The position numbers and the translations under genes were made by a program. From Eledone cirrhosa (Eukaryota): a stretch of 64,000 nucleotides of DNA. The notes below the pieces were generated by a model that saw only the letters and a list, made by a program, of their open reading frames with translations, had not been told where the DNA came from and did no database searches. The stretch covers positions 252,402,001 through 252,466,000 of the forward strand of contig OZ024740.1 in the NCBI GenBank assembly GCA_964016885.1, written 5' to 3'. This document shows positions 14,931-29,940 of this stretch, piece after piece; positions within the stretch are counted from its first letter, which is position 1; every line of letters starts with the position of its first letter.

Positions 14931-15471
14931 CACATGTGTGTGTATGAGCGTTCGTGTGTGCGTATTCGTGTGTATGCTCCCTGTCAACACACACGTAATG
15001 TAAAAATAAAAACTTGAATATTAAACATTGTTAATTGAATCTTCATTGATCCAAAAAAGCTTCTTGACTCTGACAACCAATAAAAATCTTTCTGCAAGCT
15101 CAGTTCAAAGATCGATATTGATTATCAGGTGAAAAGCTATTGTCATCTTTGTGTTGATTCAACGACTTGATCCATCTCCCTCACCTATTGGTTGCCGATA
15201 AAGGCAACACAACATCTTTGACATCAATTAAAGAAGATATTGGACTCCCGTCAGACCTCAACACCAATCACATCGAGATAGACAAAATTCTACATCCCTA
15301 TTAACATATGGTCGTTTCTCATTTCTTTTAACACCTCTTACAAATTGCTTTCTCTATTTTCCCATATAATTTATTTTCACCTCATTTTTACCATAACATC
15401 TCTTGGTTCAGATTAGCTGTACGTTTATTTAGACCTACCATCTAATATAAAGTTTTTTTCTCCCTCAGTAG

Positions 15472-15549
<78 letters not shown>

Positions 15550-15560
15550 ATCTCTCTCTG

Positions 15561-15592
<32 letters not shown>

Positions 15593-15775
15593 GCTATATA
15601 TATATAGAGAGAGAAGTAGTTCCACAACAGTTAGTTCACCATAGCGAGAACAAATGTGTGTATATATATATATATATGTCTGTTTTGTCAACCAATCAAT
15701 CAATGAATCCATCCATCAATCTCTCTCCTCCCCCTCTCTCTTTCTCTCAATATATATATATATATATATATAGTT

Positions 15776-15820
<45 letters not shown>

Positions 15821-16129
15821 CATATATACATACATACATACATATATATGGAATATATGTTAAAGAAACACACGCCACATCACGTACACACACACACCAG
15901 CCCAACACACACACACCACACCACACCACATCACACACTCACCACACCACATCACACACTCATCAAAACCACACCACACTACACTCACAAATATATAAGA
16001 GGTTCTGTATTTTTTTTTTGTCCGAGATAATTCACTTCTGCCAATATATATTTCTATATCAGTGATAACATATACACTGAGATATCGCCATCTTTCATTT
16101 CAAATGAGTTCCTTCAGCGCATCTCCTTT

Positions 16130-16340
16130 ACCATCCTCCGGGGAAAGCCTTCTCCTTTCTGTCCGCCGGGGCCGTGGGGCGGCCAGCACGTGCGACCTCA
16201 TTTGCTCATAATACAGAGAGATGGGGAGGGCGAGAGAGATGGAGGCGATGACAGTGAGAGTTCGGCTCTTCTGTGTTCGGACCTGATGTGCTGCGTCAGT
16301 TGTCCGAAGGAAGGTAGTGGTTTGTACTTAGCGAAGGTAT
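16130..16340. promoter_or_regulatory. Small GC/CpG-rich unique island, possible promoter or first exon
   Basis: GGGGCGG and CACGTG at ~16176-16192 in otherwise AT-rich repeat DNA; not repeated elsewhere in the window. Confidence 0.3.
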
Positions 16341-16397
16341 TTAGAACCTTGTGTTTGTGATTCCTTCATTTATAGATACCTGTAGCTGGGATATTTG

Positions 16398-16590
16398 CGG
16401 GTGGATTGGCAGTATCGCTAGAGGGTCGGACGCCATGCTTTGACGCATAGAGTTATGTCCCTTTTCGGTCTGAGTTCAAATCCCGCCGAGGTTAACTTTG
16501 CTTTTCATCCTTACGAGGTCGATAAAATAAACTACCAGTAATGTACTGGGTAATTGCTTGCCTTGTGCCAAAAAGTAGAAACAGTTATTC
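16398..16590 (+). mobile_element. tRNA-derived SINE
   Basis: TGGCAGTATCG A-box-like and GAGTTCAAATCC B-box-like motifs; body shared with other copies. Confidence 0.8.
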
Positions 16591-16685
16591 TTTGCACAAA
16601 CAATCATGTAGGTATTTTCTAAGTAACTCAATTTCGCAGCCTGGGTTACACTACAATCAGATTTTAAAATTCAGTTCACCCAATA

Positions 16686-17003
16686 TGGATGATAATGATG
16701 ATGATGATAATGATGATGATGGTGATGACGATGATGATGATGAGGATGATGGTGGTGATGATGATGATGATGATGGTGATGAGGATGATGATGATGATAT
16801 TTATGTTGGTGATGATGATGATGATGGTGGTGGTGATGACGGTGTTGATCTTGGCGGTGATGATGATGATAGTGATGGTGATGATGATAATGATGATGAT
16901 GGTGATGGTGATGATGATGATGACAATGGTGATGGTGATGATAGCAGTGGTGATGATTATAATAAGGATAATGATGACGGTGATGATGGTGATGATGATG
17001 ATG

Positions 17004-17034
<31 letters not shown>

Positions 17035-17282
17035 TGTTGATGGTGTGGTGATGATGATAATGAGGATAATGATGATGATGATGGTGATAATGTTGTTTAT
17101 GGTGATGACGATGATGATGGTGATGATGATGATGGTTTGATGGTGATGATGGTGATGATGATGATGGTGTTTATGGTAATGATGATAATGATGGTGTTGA
17201 TGGTGATGATGATGATGATGAGGATGATGATGTTGATGATAATGATGATGAGGATGATGATGAGGATGGGGATGAGGAGGAA
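16686..17282. repeat. (GAT/GGT)n degenerate trinucleotide repeat
   Basis: Direct reading. Confidence 0.95.
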
Positions 17283-17415
17283 GAAGATAATCCTCCGTCA
17301 ATTTCGAGGATGAACATTCAGTCTTTCAATGAAATGAATGTCAGATTTGTGAATTAACCGTGCATATGGTTGAGTATTCCACACACACACACTCACACCA
17401 CACACACACACATAC

Positions 17416-17446
<31 letters not shown>

Positions 17447-17843
17447 AAAAACGCACACATACAAACACACACATACACACACGCACAAAGACAGAGGCAC
17501 ACATTCACACACTTGCATACATAACATAATTTCCTGACATAATCATTTTATCACAAGACTGTAACCTTTTGAATTGCAGGTACAATCCATTCAACCAACT
17601 CCATATAGTTTCGCTCTACTTAATTTCACTTATAACACTTGGTTCGATTTGTGGCCCCTTATAATTAGTCTCGATGAAAGTTAAGTAGTCTCAAAGGAAC
17701 ACAATTGAGGAACTGTTTGCATAATTATTTATAAGAGAGCTATATTAGTGAGGAAACTAATTATTACTAAAGAGATACAATTAATGAGCTGTTCCCATAA
17801 TTATCGGTTATGCGTACATTTACTGTTGTATTCATTTGTTTGT

Positions 17844-18105
17844 GGAGGCGCGTGGCCTAGTGGTAAGGGTGTTGGACTTACGATCATAATGTCATGGGTT
17901 TGATTCCTGAGCTGGGCTGGGTTGTGTGTTGTGTTCTTGAGCAAAACACTTCATTTCACGTTGCTCTAGTATTCTCAGCTGAAAATGAGTACCAGTAATA
18001 ACTGGCGTACGGTCCAGGGGAGGAGTCTTGTACTCTCAGTCGTTTCACACAATGAAACCGGGATAAGCACAGGCAAAACGAGCCTTCTGGCTTAAGACAG
18101 ACTTA
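17844..18105 (+). mobile_element. Second tRNA-derived SINE family
   Basis: GGAGGCGCGTGGCCTAGTGGTAAGG (A box), GGTTTGATTCC (B box), then TGTGTTCTTGAGCAAAACACTT core. Confidence 0.7.
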
Positions 18106-18848
18106 GGTACTGTTACATCCTAAGAAATAAAATTATATATGTATAAATACAGAGTGTGTAACCAAGACTGCAACAATGTGTATACAAATATATACATTCG
18201 TAATACGTAGACATGTAAACATGCCATAAAATACGAATTTCCCTATGAATTGAAATAATCATTATTTCAATCTACAGGGTAATTTGTATTTTCTGGCATG
18301 TTTACACTTTGGCTACCAGCGCATTTCTTAATATATATCCTATTTTGAAAAAGGAGTTGGAAAACGAGGACGATATAGGCCGAGAAAAATATTTAAAAAA
18401 AATTAAGAGAAAAAACAAGATATTTATTGAAAACAATAAATGGGAGAAATTGTGTGTGGGAGTAAATGAAATATGAATGATACTGTTGGTATTTAGTAAT
18501 ATGTTTTCATAACATTTCCTTGCAAATATCCATAATTATATATAATTGATGAAGAAATAAAAAAAAATACTTGTATATCTTTTGTTCATTTACAACAAGT
18601 GAATTAAATAGGGTCAGTTTCCCAGCCGAAAGTCTTATTGTCTTTGTGCTGTCACACGGATATGGAAGTATTGTTGCTATTATCTAAGTTACTTCACTTC
18701 AATGCAGTAGGATTTCAATAATAGGTATCATGAGTAGGTATAGAATATATTTTTTACTGTAGCAGCTCCAATATTTGTAAGAAAGGGAAAATGGTATATT
18801 GAATTCACTCCCAACTGTTATATAATTTTTACAAGAAGATAAGATAAA

Positions 18849-18879
<31 letters not shown>

Positions 18880-18912
18880 CAGACATACACGCACATGTTC
18901 ACAGACGCGCCC

Positions 18913-18958
<46 letters not shown>

Positions 18959-19365
18959 GTATGTATATATACGTTTATTATATGTTAAAATTAAATGAGA
19001 AAAAACTGTAATTTTGGGAGCGAAACCAAGCCAAAATATATGTACACACACATATATATGTATGTATATATATATATATATATATATAGGAACGAGTAGG
19101 ACCCCGACGGCTGAGCTTAAGCCGTTTCGACGGTCCTACTCGTTCCTATTATTCACTCTACTACCCTAAGTATTGAGTACTTTGGTGCGTTATGGTCCAC
19201 CTGGTTCCTTACCACATTTCCTTCGTTATATATGTGTACGTATCAGTTTAGCGGACGTTTATTATAACGCCCGCTTTGTCCGTTTGTAAACAAACGGACA
19301 GCCTGATTTATGCCGTACGGTGTTAAGGCAACCACGTCACCTATTTGTTCAACACTGACACAGGA

Positions 19366-19408
19366 ACGATGTACTAGTTTCAAGCTTCTTAGCTATCATC
19401 AGCACCGT
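19366..19408 (-). ncRNA. Minimal type I hammerhead ribozyme (family B)
   Basis: Reverse complement: ACGGTG CTGATGA TAGCT-AAGA-AGCTT GAAA CTAG TA CATCGT. Confidence 0.85.
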
Positions 19409-19641
19409 ATACCCTTCTGCCAGATGGTTGAACGTTCGAAAGTATATACTTTCCTTATGAAAATTAACGGCTGAGCAGCCTAATTTGCATATCGAGTGAG
19501 TTCAGTCGGCCAGGCGTACCGAAAACGATAAGTTGTAATATAATGAAACGAAATTTCATTTCTCACTCTTAGTACGGCACTTATTTAAATGTAAGTATGT
19601 ATGTATACGTACATACATATATGTATACACGTACAGTAGCA

Positions 19642-19705
<64 letters not shown>

Positions 19706-19816
19706 CAGGTACACATATATATATATGTACGTATCAGTTACAAACGGACAAAGCGGGCGTTATAATAAACGTCCGCTGAACTGATACGTACATATATATA
19801 TATGTGTACCTGTATG

Positions 19817-20090
<274 letters not shown>

Positions 20091-20325
20091 TGCTACTGTA
20101 CGTCTGTATACATATATGTATGTACGTATACATACATACTTACATTTAAGTAAGTGCCGTACTAAGAGTGAGAAATGAAATTTCGTTTCATTATATTACA
20201 ACTTATCGTTTTAGGTACGCCTGGCAGACTGAACTCACTCGATATGCAAATTAGGCTGCTCAGCCGTTAATTTTCATAAGGAAAGTATATACTTTCGAAC
20301 GTTCAACCATCTGGCAGAAGGGTAT

Positions 20326-20368
20326 ACGGTGCTGATGATAGCTAAGAATCTTGAAACTAGTACATCGT
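20326..20368 (+). ncRNA. Minimal type I hammerhead ribozyme (family B), one stem II mismatch
   Basis: ACGGTG CTGATGA TAGCTAAGAATCTT GAAA CTAG TA CATCGT. Confidence 0.8.
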
Positions 20369-20517
20369 TCCTGTGTCAGTGTTGAACAGAAAGGTGACGT
20401 GGTTGCCTTAACACCGTACGACATAAATCAGGCTGTCCGTTTGTTTACAAACGGACAAAGTGGGCGTTATAATAAACGTCCGCTTAACTGATACGTACAT
20501 ATATATATGTGTAACTG

Positions 20518-20577
<60 letters not shown>

Positions 20578-20809
20578 TGCTACTGTACCTCTGTATACAT
20601 ATATGTATGTACGTATACATACATACTTACATATATATATATATATAAGTTTATCCCGGGTTCAATCAGAGGTAACAACGCAAAGTGAGGTACTCAATAC
20701 AAAGCAGAGTTTACATATTTAATATAGAAAAGGCTTCTACAGGACTAGAACTGTCTCATTCGGCCTTCCTGATGATTTCTCCCGAAAAAGCCTTTTCCAT
20801 ATTAAATTG

Positions 20810-20889
<80 letters not shown>

Positions 20890-20904
20890 AGATATATATA
20901 CAGA

Positions 20905-21360
20905 TATTTGCCAAAGGATTCAGCCAGGAATACTTAGATATGACAGTAGGAAAAGATTTAGGTTAACGTACAAAGCCAGTCGATGAAGGTTTTTGTTGGA
21001 AGGCTGATCTGTGTGTGTCCATGATGTAGCTAAGATGTTCTTGCTTAGCTATCCAGCAATGTCCTGCAAACCGTAATGGCATCAGTGATTGCAAAAGTAT
21101 TGCTATACAGTGTCAGTTTGACTCGATGCTCCTCCCAAGCAACATTAAAGATGGTCTGTAACTTGTTGGATATAAGCACAATCAAACCTTGCCTTCTGGT
21201 GGTTCATGAATATCCAAGAAATGAACTCGTATAACCGCATTGATTCTACAGCAATGACATGCGAAAAGCTTCTCTTTTCTATTCTCTGATAGGGATGATT
21301 TTCAGAGCACACTGAGGTTACCGAGAATAGCTCATATTTTTTGTAAGAAATAATTTTACA
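20905..21360 (-). pseudogene. Degenerate RTE-type LINE ORF2 C-terminal fragment
   Basis: Minus strand reads LRFAGHCW (RTE RLRxxGH motif); many stops. Confidence 0.55.
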
Positions 21361-21886
21361 ATTTCGAAGCTAAATAGCATTCCAAAAGAGAATTTTCATC
21401 AGGACAATCCTTGTACTTTATTACCGGTAACTCCTTTCCATTACTCGGCAAATATTATTTCAGTAGATCAGCTCACATTCAGATATATAGGTACCGTTAT
21501 ACGTAGTGTAGTGATGAGCAAATTCTTTTTGTAATTGTCCAATTTAGATTTTTGTTATCTTACATGTAAAAAAATTGAAAAGATCTAAGGCCATCAGAAG
21601 AGGGGCTCAGGGGAGGATTGCGACCAAACTGTTGCTGATCATTGCGTTAATGTGATACTTCTGTACGACTCATGAAATTCAGTAGGTCGAAACAACAGTA
21701 TGTTCCACAGATTACGTTTTACTGCAAGCTAACAGTATTATCTTTTAGCAAATATATTTTTCAATAGTATGTGTACAATTTTATTTCATTCAAATGTAAT
21801 CAGAATGTGGGACCTGGTTTTATTTAAGCTTCCTGTGTGTATATATACATGCGTGTATATTTCTATAGAGATATATGCGTTTGCCA

Positions 21887-22059
<173 letters not shown>

Positions 22060-22140
22060 ACACACACACACATGTATATATGTATGTATGTATGTATATA
22101 TGTATATATGTTCCTCGCACCGTAGGAACTCCATACATAC

Positions 22141-22219
<79 letters not shown>

Positions 22220-22223
<4 letters not shown>

Positions 22224-22646
22224 ATTAAATAAATGGAAAACTATATTTATAAAACCATATTTATTTCATTATATATATTTCGGGGATATCATATTAACAA
22301 TATGCTATGCCTTCATCAGACAAAATACAATATAAACAGTTTTATAGATAAATATATTCGACATACAGTCCTGCTAGCGTAAACCTCTTCAAATGAAGTT
22401 GATGTTTATTACGGTATGTCGAATATATTTATCTATAAAACTGTTTATATTGTATTTTGTCTGATGAAGGCATAGCATATTGTTAATATGATATCCCCGA
22501 AATATATATAATGAAATAAATATGGTTTTATAAATATAGTTTTCCATTTATTTAATATTGTAAATATACTCCAAATATTTGTCGAGTGCTTTTATATCAG
22601 TTATAAATATTTACTAGTTGTAACCCAACAATTTTAAATATAACTT

Positions 22647-22650
<4 letters not shown>
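22220..22650. mobile_element. Non-autonomous family-A pLTR fold-back with two divergent HHRs (22262-22327 minus, 22453-22518 plus)
   Basis: Near-perfect inverted arms homologous to the PLE1 pLTR; stem III palindrome ATATATAT; (TA)n on both flanks. Confidence 0.85.
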
Positions 22651-22739
<89 letters not shown>

Positions 22740-24001
22740 GCATATATATGCGTGTACGTGTATGTCTATATGTATATCTATATGTATATCTACATGTAAT
22801 GTATATATATATATACATATACATTCTCCAAGATGGCCGACTGAATACGCACATGTGTTTCTTTTTCTCCCCCATCTTTTCTTCCTTTTTTCCCCGTTCC
22901 TTCCTTTTATCATTCTTTACTTTCTATTTATCTTCTATTTCTAACTCTATCTTTTGATGAAGGACTAGAAATGTTAAGACTCCCTTCCTACTATTTCAAG
23001 TGTTAAACTAATATATTTCTTCCATGTACTGTGCCGTTTTTCGGTTATTTTTGTTATTTCTGTTTACCCCCCCCCCCCCCCACACACACACACACAGACA
23101 CACACATATACATATATATAGAGAGAGATGTTTACTAATTACTATTGCAGCATGACTATGACAAACAAGGGAGGTAATCGTGGCTGAATACTTAATTGTG
23201 CCAATCTACTTCACGAGACTAGTGTATATAATGGGTATGGTATTTAAATAATTTCGCTACCTAATTATTAAAAATGGTAATATAAATTGCTGGAAATTAT
23301 GGTACTTAAAAATACCAAATCTGTGGGTATGTATATATGTGTTGGTACTGTTAATTGATTTTATAATATTGCGCATACAGAAAAACACCACCACCAGCAC
23401 CACCACCACCACTATCACCACCGTATGTTAGTACGGCGCCTCTACGTTTCCCTCAGGAGTTATGGGACCGGGTTCTACCATGCCTTCATTTGTTTTGTGT
23501 AGATACGACGCGAACAAAATATCGCTCGTATATATGTCCTCTCTATGCATCTAAGCCTAGTATTTGCATGTATGCAGTGGCGGACTGGGTCTAAAAATAT
23601 TGGTTGCCAGGAGATGAAAGGGGCCCACCTACATATAGAATGCTATCATTTAATATTTATAATGAATAAATAACATTTACGAAAAATGCAAGAGTGTAAA
23701 CAAAACAGTGCAATAAAATTTTGGCGGAAAATGATCTTACCTTCTCCAATAAAGAATATGTATTTTGCGAAATCTAGAGACTTTCAATAATGACCAGAAG
23801 TCGACCATAAATATTACTAATAATTCTAGGAAAGCCATGAACGACACCACATCTTTTTAATTTTGATTTTGAAAGTAGGTTTATAATTAGCAATTTTCAT
23901 TATACTTTTGTAGCTGTCTCGGTTGCGTATTTGGAGGAACCATAGACGGTGGTGATCCTGGTCAAAATTTTCAAAACGAAGTGTTGTGATGCACCCCCCC
24001 C

Positions 24002-24033
<32 letters not shown>

Positions 24034-25105
24034 CCCTCTCTCTCTCTCTGTGATATTTGAATCTACTATGATTTGGGCTTACTTTATTCATATATATATA
24101 TATATGCTTTTGCGTTTCATTTTCAAAATGTATGTATATATATATATAATTTGTTTGCTAAAATAATCAAATTAAATTAATTCAACAGTTAAACACACAT
24201 AGGAATAAAAGGGCCAGAAGATTGACAAGTTTACCCTAAATATTACTCATAACTCAGGGAAAGCCATGAACGACACCGCATCCTTTTAATTTTGATTTTG
24301 AAAGTAGGTTTATAATTATCAATTTTCATTATACATTCGTAGCTGTCTCAGTGGCCTAGTTGGAGGAATCATAGACGGTGGTGATCCTGGTCGGGAGTAG
24401 GGTTCCCGGTAAACATTTTCAGTTTTTTCTATTGGTTGTAAAATAAAAACTTTACATGTACCTCTTAACCAGGATTGAACCCAAGGCCAGGATATCCGCC
24501 ATCTCTAGTACCTACCACTAGGCCACAGAGACAACTACGAAAATCTTATGAAAATTCATACTTAGAAACCTACTTTCAAAATGTTCAACACGATGTGTTG
24601 TGGTGTCGTTCATGTCTTTCTTAATACTATCGCTCCTACTTAAGGTCGACTTCTAAATCATTTGGGTGTTCCATAAACTAAATCCACGTTTTGTTTCTCC
24701 TCTATCTACACTATATTTTAACCTGTAATCCATGTTTCATTTCTGTTGCACCTCATCTTCCCTACCTCTCTCTCTTCCTATCTGTGATGTTTGAATCTAC
24801 TATGATTTGGGCTTACTTTATTCATATATATATGTTTTTGCGTTTCAATTTCAAACTTACAATGATTGGCATTATATATATATATATATTATTTGTTTGC
24901 TAAAATAATCAAATTAAATTAATTCAACAGTTAAACACACATAGGAATAATAGGTTGTTACCAAAGGACCATAAGATTGACAAGTTTACCCTAAATATTA
25001 CTAATATATATGTATACTTTATATATATGTATACTTTATATATATGTATACTTTATTCATATATATATGTTTTTGCGTTTCAGTTTCAAACTTACAATGA
25101 TTGAC

Positions 25106-25160
<55 letters not shown>

Positions 25161-25238
25161 CTATTTCCATTCCACTGAATTATTTTTTTAATAAGTTTCC
25201 AGTGTCCTCGCTATGCCTGGAGACCTATACGGAAAAAG

Positions 25239-25321
25239 ACTTTCCTGATGACGGAATGATTTTCTATGTGTTTCTTTGGAAAATATATTTACTCCATTCC
25301 AGAAACTAATTAGTTGGAAGT
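25239..25321 (+). ncRNA. Type I hammerhead ribozyme (family C)
   Basis: ACTTTC CTGATGA C-GGAATG...CATTCC-A GAAA CTAATTAG TT GGAAGT; stem III palindrome ACTAATTAGT. Confidence 0.8.
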
Positions 25322-25763
25322 GATTTTTTAGTAAGTAAGTTAATTTTATAATTTTCTTATTTTACGTCTCTCATATTATTGTTCTGCAACCCCATGCATT
25401 GAACCACATTGTTAATAAGACAAAACCTATATATTTGATAGCATTGATATGCATCTGTGTGTATATAAATGTTACTTGATATAAATTCCTTATAATTATC
25501 TCCAATTCATTTGTCGAGCAATATTTGGCCATGACTGCTACTATGGTAGTAAGCTGGCCGCTGTCTTAATAACCACTCGCTTTCCACTGATTGACCTCGA
25601 TGTCACGTGATTGATTCTTTTTGAATTTGCCACAGACGAGGAGGCAGTGATTTTCTCAATGGCTTGGAATCCAGTCCACGCTTTGCTATTTCCATTCCAC
25701 TGAATTATTTTTTTAATAAGTTTCCAGTGTCCTCGCTATGCCTGGAGACCTATACGGAAAAAG

Positions 25764-25846
25764 ACTTTCCTGATGACGGAATGATTTTCTATGTGTTTCT
25801 TCGGAAAATATATTTACTCCATTCCAGAAACTAATTAGTTGGAAGT
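25764..25846 (+). ncRNA. Type I hammerhead ribozyme (family C), second copy
   Basis: Same as 25239-25321. Confidence 0.8.
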
Positions 25847-26012
25847 GATTTTTTAGTAAGTAAGTTAATTTTATAATTTTCTTATTTTACGTCTCTCATA
25901 TTATTGTTCTGCAACCCCATGCATTGAACCACATTGTTAATAAGACAAAACGTATATATTTGCTAGCATTGATATGCATCTGTGTGTATATAAATGTTAC
26001 TTGATATAAATT

Positions 26013-26051
<39 letters not shown>

Positions 26052-26793
26052 GTCAATCATTGTAAGTTTGAAACTGAAACGCAAAAACATATATATATGA
26101 ATAAAGTAAGCCCAAATCATAGTAGATTCAAACATAGCAGAGAGAAAGAGAGAGGGGGGGAAGATGAGGTGCAACAGAAATGAAACATGGATTACAGGTT
26201 AAAATATAGTCTAGATAGATGAGAAACAAAACGAGGATGTAGTTTATGGAACACCCAAATGATTTAGAAGTCGACCTTAAGTAAAAGAAATAACATTAAG
26301 AAAGACAACACTTTGTTTTGAAAATTTTGAAAGTAGGTTTATAAGTATGAATTTTCATAACATTTTCGTAGTTCTCTCTGTGGCCGAGCGGTAGCTACCA
26401 GAGACGGCGGATCTCCTGACCTTGGGTTCAATCCTGGTCAAGAGGTACGTGTAAACATTTTAAGTTCTTATTTTACAACCAATAGAAAAAAACTGAAAGG
26501 GTTTGACGGGAACCTACTCCCGACTAGGACCGAACTTCAGACCAGGATCATCACCGTCTATGATTCCTCCAACTAGGCCACCGAGACAGCGACGAATATA
26601 TAGTGAAAATTGATAATTATAAACCTACTTTCAAAATCAAAATTAAAAAGATGCGGTGTCGTTCATGGCTTACCTAGAGCTATTAGTAATATTTAGGGTA
26701 AACTTGTCAATCTTCTGGCCCTTTTGTAACAACCTATTATTCCTATGTGTGTTTAACTTTTGAATTAATTTAATTTGATTATTTTCGCAAACA

Positions 26794-26881
<88 letters not shown>

Positions 26882-27388
26882 TGTATATATATATATATAT
26901 ATAGTGAAAAATAATAAAAAAGGACGATGTGTTAAGTCTTCATTACGTTTACTGAGTTGTGACGCGTGTTTCGCGATTGATCAGCTCTTGGTTCGATCTA
27001 TATTGATCTGGCTCGGCTCTGGAATCAATAGCTCGTCGGACTTCTGTATGTATGTACACACACACACACACTCACACACACATATGTATATATATATATA
27101 TGCATGCATACATACACATAAATTAGTGTAGTTAAGCCGAAGTATGGTGAGATGTGTAATAAATGACTGATTAGTTTCAGAAAGCCGGTGCAATGCAGAA
27201 GAAATATATAAACGAAACAAAGTAATGTTTTAATCAATATATTTCAATATAGTATTTCAGGGCTATAACCCCTTTTTCAAATGTAAAATGAAAACGAATA
27301 CATTACTTTATTTCGTTTTATTTGTCATCCTTTGCTCTTTATATATTTCTACCGCATTGTACCGGCTTTTTGAAGCTTATCAGTCATT

Positions 27389-27522
<134 letters not shown>

Positions 27523-27928
27523 ACACAGACAGATACACACACTCACACATACACACACACATACACACATACACTCACACACACATGTATATGTAAGTGC
27601 ATGTTTGTGTGTGTGTGAGAGAGAGAGTGTGTGTTTGTGAGTGTGAGTGTATGTGTGTATGTGTGTGTGTGTATGTGTGAGTGTATGTGTGTCTGTCTGT
27701 GTGTGTGTTTGTGTGTGCGTATGTGTGTGTATGTGTGTGTATGTGTGTGTGTGCGTGTGTGCAAGAAATGACTGATATATATATATATATACATGTTCAT
27801 TTACATGTACATGTTTGCGTATGTCTTTAAATATGTAATTGGCTGTTAGAACATACAATATTTGAAGATATGTTAGAAACGAAAGAATATGGTTCTAAGG
27901 ATTACGCGAAGCCGTTGTAATGTTAGAA

Positions 27929-28000
<72 letters not shown>

Positions 28001-28359
28001 ACACAACAAAGATTTAGAATAAGATTCCGAACTGAAGCTAATGAGGTTCAGTTATAGAATGGTAAGGAGAAGAACTGAATGGCAACCTTCTGCAAATTCT
28101 TCAATATTTCAAGTAGAATTTCTGAATCTGTATTTTGAAATATAACGTCGTATCCAGCTACAACATATCTTACGACCGTAACTTAGGTCACTCAATTATC
28201 GCTTTAATGATCATTATTGCTTTATCGATTTATCTTCTCTTCTCTCTAACCATTCTTTCTCTCAACCTTTTCATAACTATCCTCAGTCCTTTCTTTAAAT
28301 CGCAATTTATCTCCCTTTCTTTCTCTTTCTCTGATCATTATATTCTCCATCATTCTTTT

Positions 28360-28437
28360 TTTGGTGGTGGTGGTGGTGGTGGTCGTGTGGAGGGGGGGGG
28401 GGGGGTCCGACCTTCTTTTCGTCGTCATCATCAATGC

Positions 28438-28471
<34 letters not shown>

Positions 28472-28603
28472 GTCATCATCATCGTCATCATCGTCATCAT
28501 CGTCATCATCATCATAATCATCATTATCATAATCATCATCATCATCATCGTCAACATCATCACCATCATCGTCATCAACTTCATCGCCAAAATCATCTAC
28601 ATT

Positions 28604-28660
<57 letters not shown>

Positions 28661-28749
28661 GTCGTCAACATCATCAACATCGTCAACATCATCAACATCG
28701 TCAACATCATCAACATCATCGTCATCAACTTCATCGACAAAATCATCTA

Positions 28750-28801
<52 letters not shown>

Positions 28802-28905
28802 GTCAACATCATCAACATCGTCAACATCATCAACATCATCGTCAACAACTTCATCGCCAAAATCATTTACATTATCCTCTTCAATCCCCATCATTACATA
28901 ACATC

Positions 28906-28942
<37 letters not shown>

Positions 28943-29780
28943 GCATCAGCAGCAGCAGCAGCAGCATGATCATCATTGTCATCATTGCCAAAACTGATAT
29001 CATCACCTCTCCTATCGCCATACCATCACAACCCTCACCACCATCACCCTCATCATCACCACTACCAATATCATTACTATTACCACCACTACCACTACCA
29101 ACCCACCACAACTATCATCACCAACACCACCACCACCACCACCCCTGGCACTGGCACCATAACGTTCACCACAACTAACACCAACACCACCACCACTACC
29201 ACCACCACCATCGTCACCGCCACTATCAATACCAGCAGCACCACCACCATCACCATCACCATCACCACCACCACCACCATCACCACCACCACCACTATCA
29301 ATACCAGCAGCACTACCACCATCACCATCACCATCACCACCACCACCACCATCACCACCACCACCACCACCACCACCACCACCACCACACCACCGCCATC
29401 ACCATCACCACCACCACCATCATCACCACCACCATCACCACCATCATAACCACCACCATCACCACCACCATCACCACCACCACCATCACCATCACCACCA
29501 CCATCACCACCATCACCACCACCACCACCACCACCACCACCACCATCACCACCACCACCACCACCACCACCACCATCACCACCACCACCACCACCACCAT
29601 CACCACCACCCTCACCACCATCACCACCACCAACACCATCACCACCACCACCGCCACCACCACCGCCACCACCACCGCCACCATCACCACCACCATCACC
29701 ACCACCACACCACCACCACCACCACCACCACCACCACACCACCACCACCACCACCACAACTATCATCATCATCACCAACA
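28360..29780. repeat. (CAT)n/(CAC)n trinucleotide repeat block
   Basis: Direct reading; poly-His, poly-Asp and poly-Ile ORFs are artefacts. Confidence 0.95.
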
Positions 29781-29866
29781 CCAATTCTTTTCATTTTTCT
29801 CCGGTTCCATTATTTTTAGTTCTTTAACATTCTTTCACTAAGACCCTATCCTTACTTCTCTCTTTC

Positions 29867-29940
<74 letters not shown>

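Larger units (their letters stand above)
25158..26016 (+). mobile_element. Partial tandem (1.6 x 525 bp) non-coding HHR element (family C) in (TA)n
   Basis: Direct repeat with period 525; HHRs at 25239-25321 and 25764-25846. Confidence 0.85.
23575..26800. mobile_element. Composite non-autonomous DNA-transposon-like region with ~730-bp internal repeats in tandem and inverted orientation, interrupted by the family-C HHR tandem
   Basis: Begins CAGTGGCGGACTGGG (hAT-like TIR start); 24145-24900 recurs inverted at ~26045-26800; partner TIR not found. Confidence 0.45.

Noticed and set aside
15185-15300. LVADKGNTT, resembling a PLE RT N-terminal motif
   Set aside because: A single short motif with no continuing frame
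22949-22980. HHR-like TTGATGA..GAAATGTT
   Set aside because: C3U without compensation and almost no stem II; too weak on its own
28135-29784. Poly-His/Asp/Thr/Gly proteins (also 16541-17301, 52411-53552, and YI/HT/RE dipeptide ORFs throughout)
   Set aside because: Microsatellite translations open in several frames on both strands
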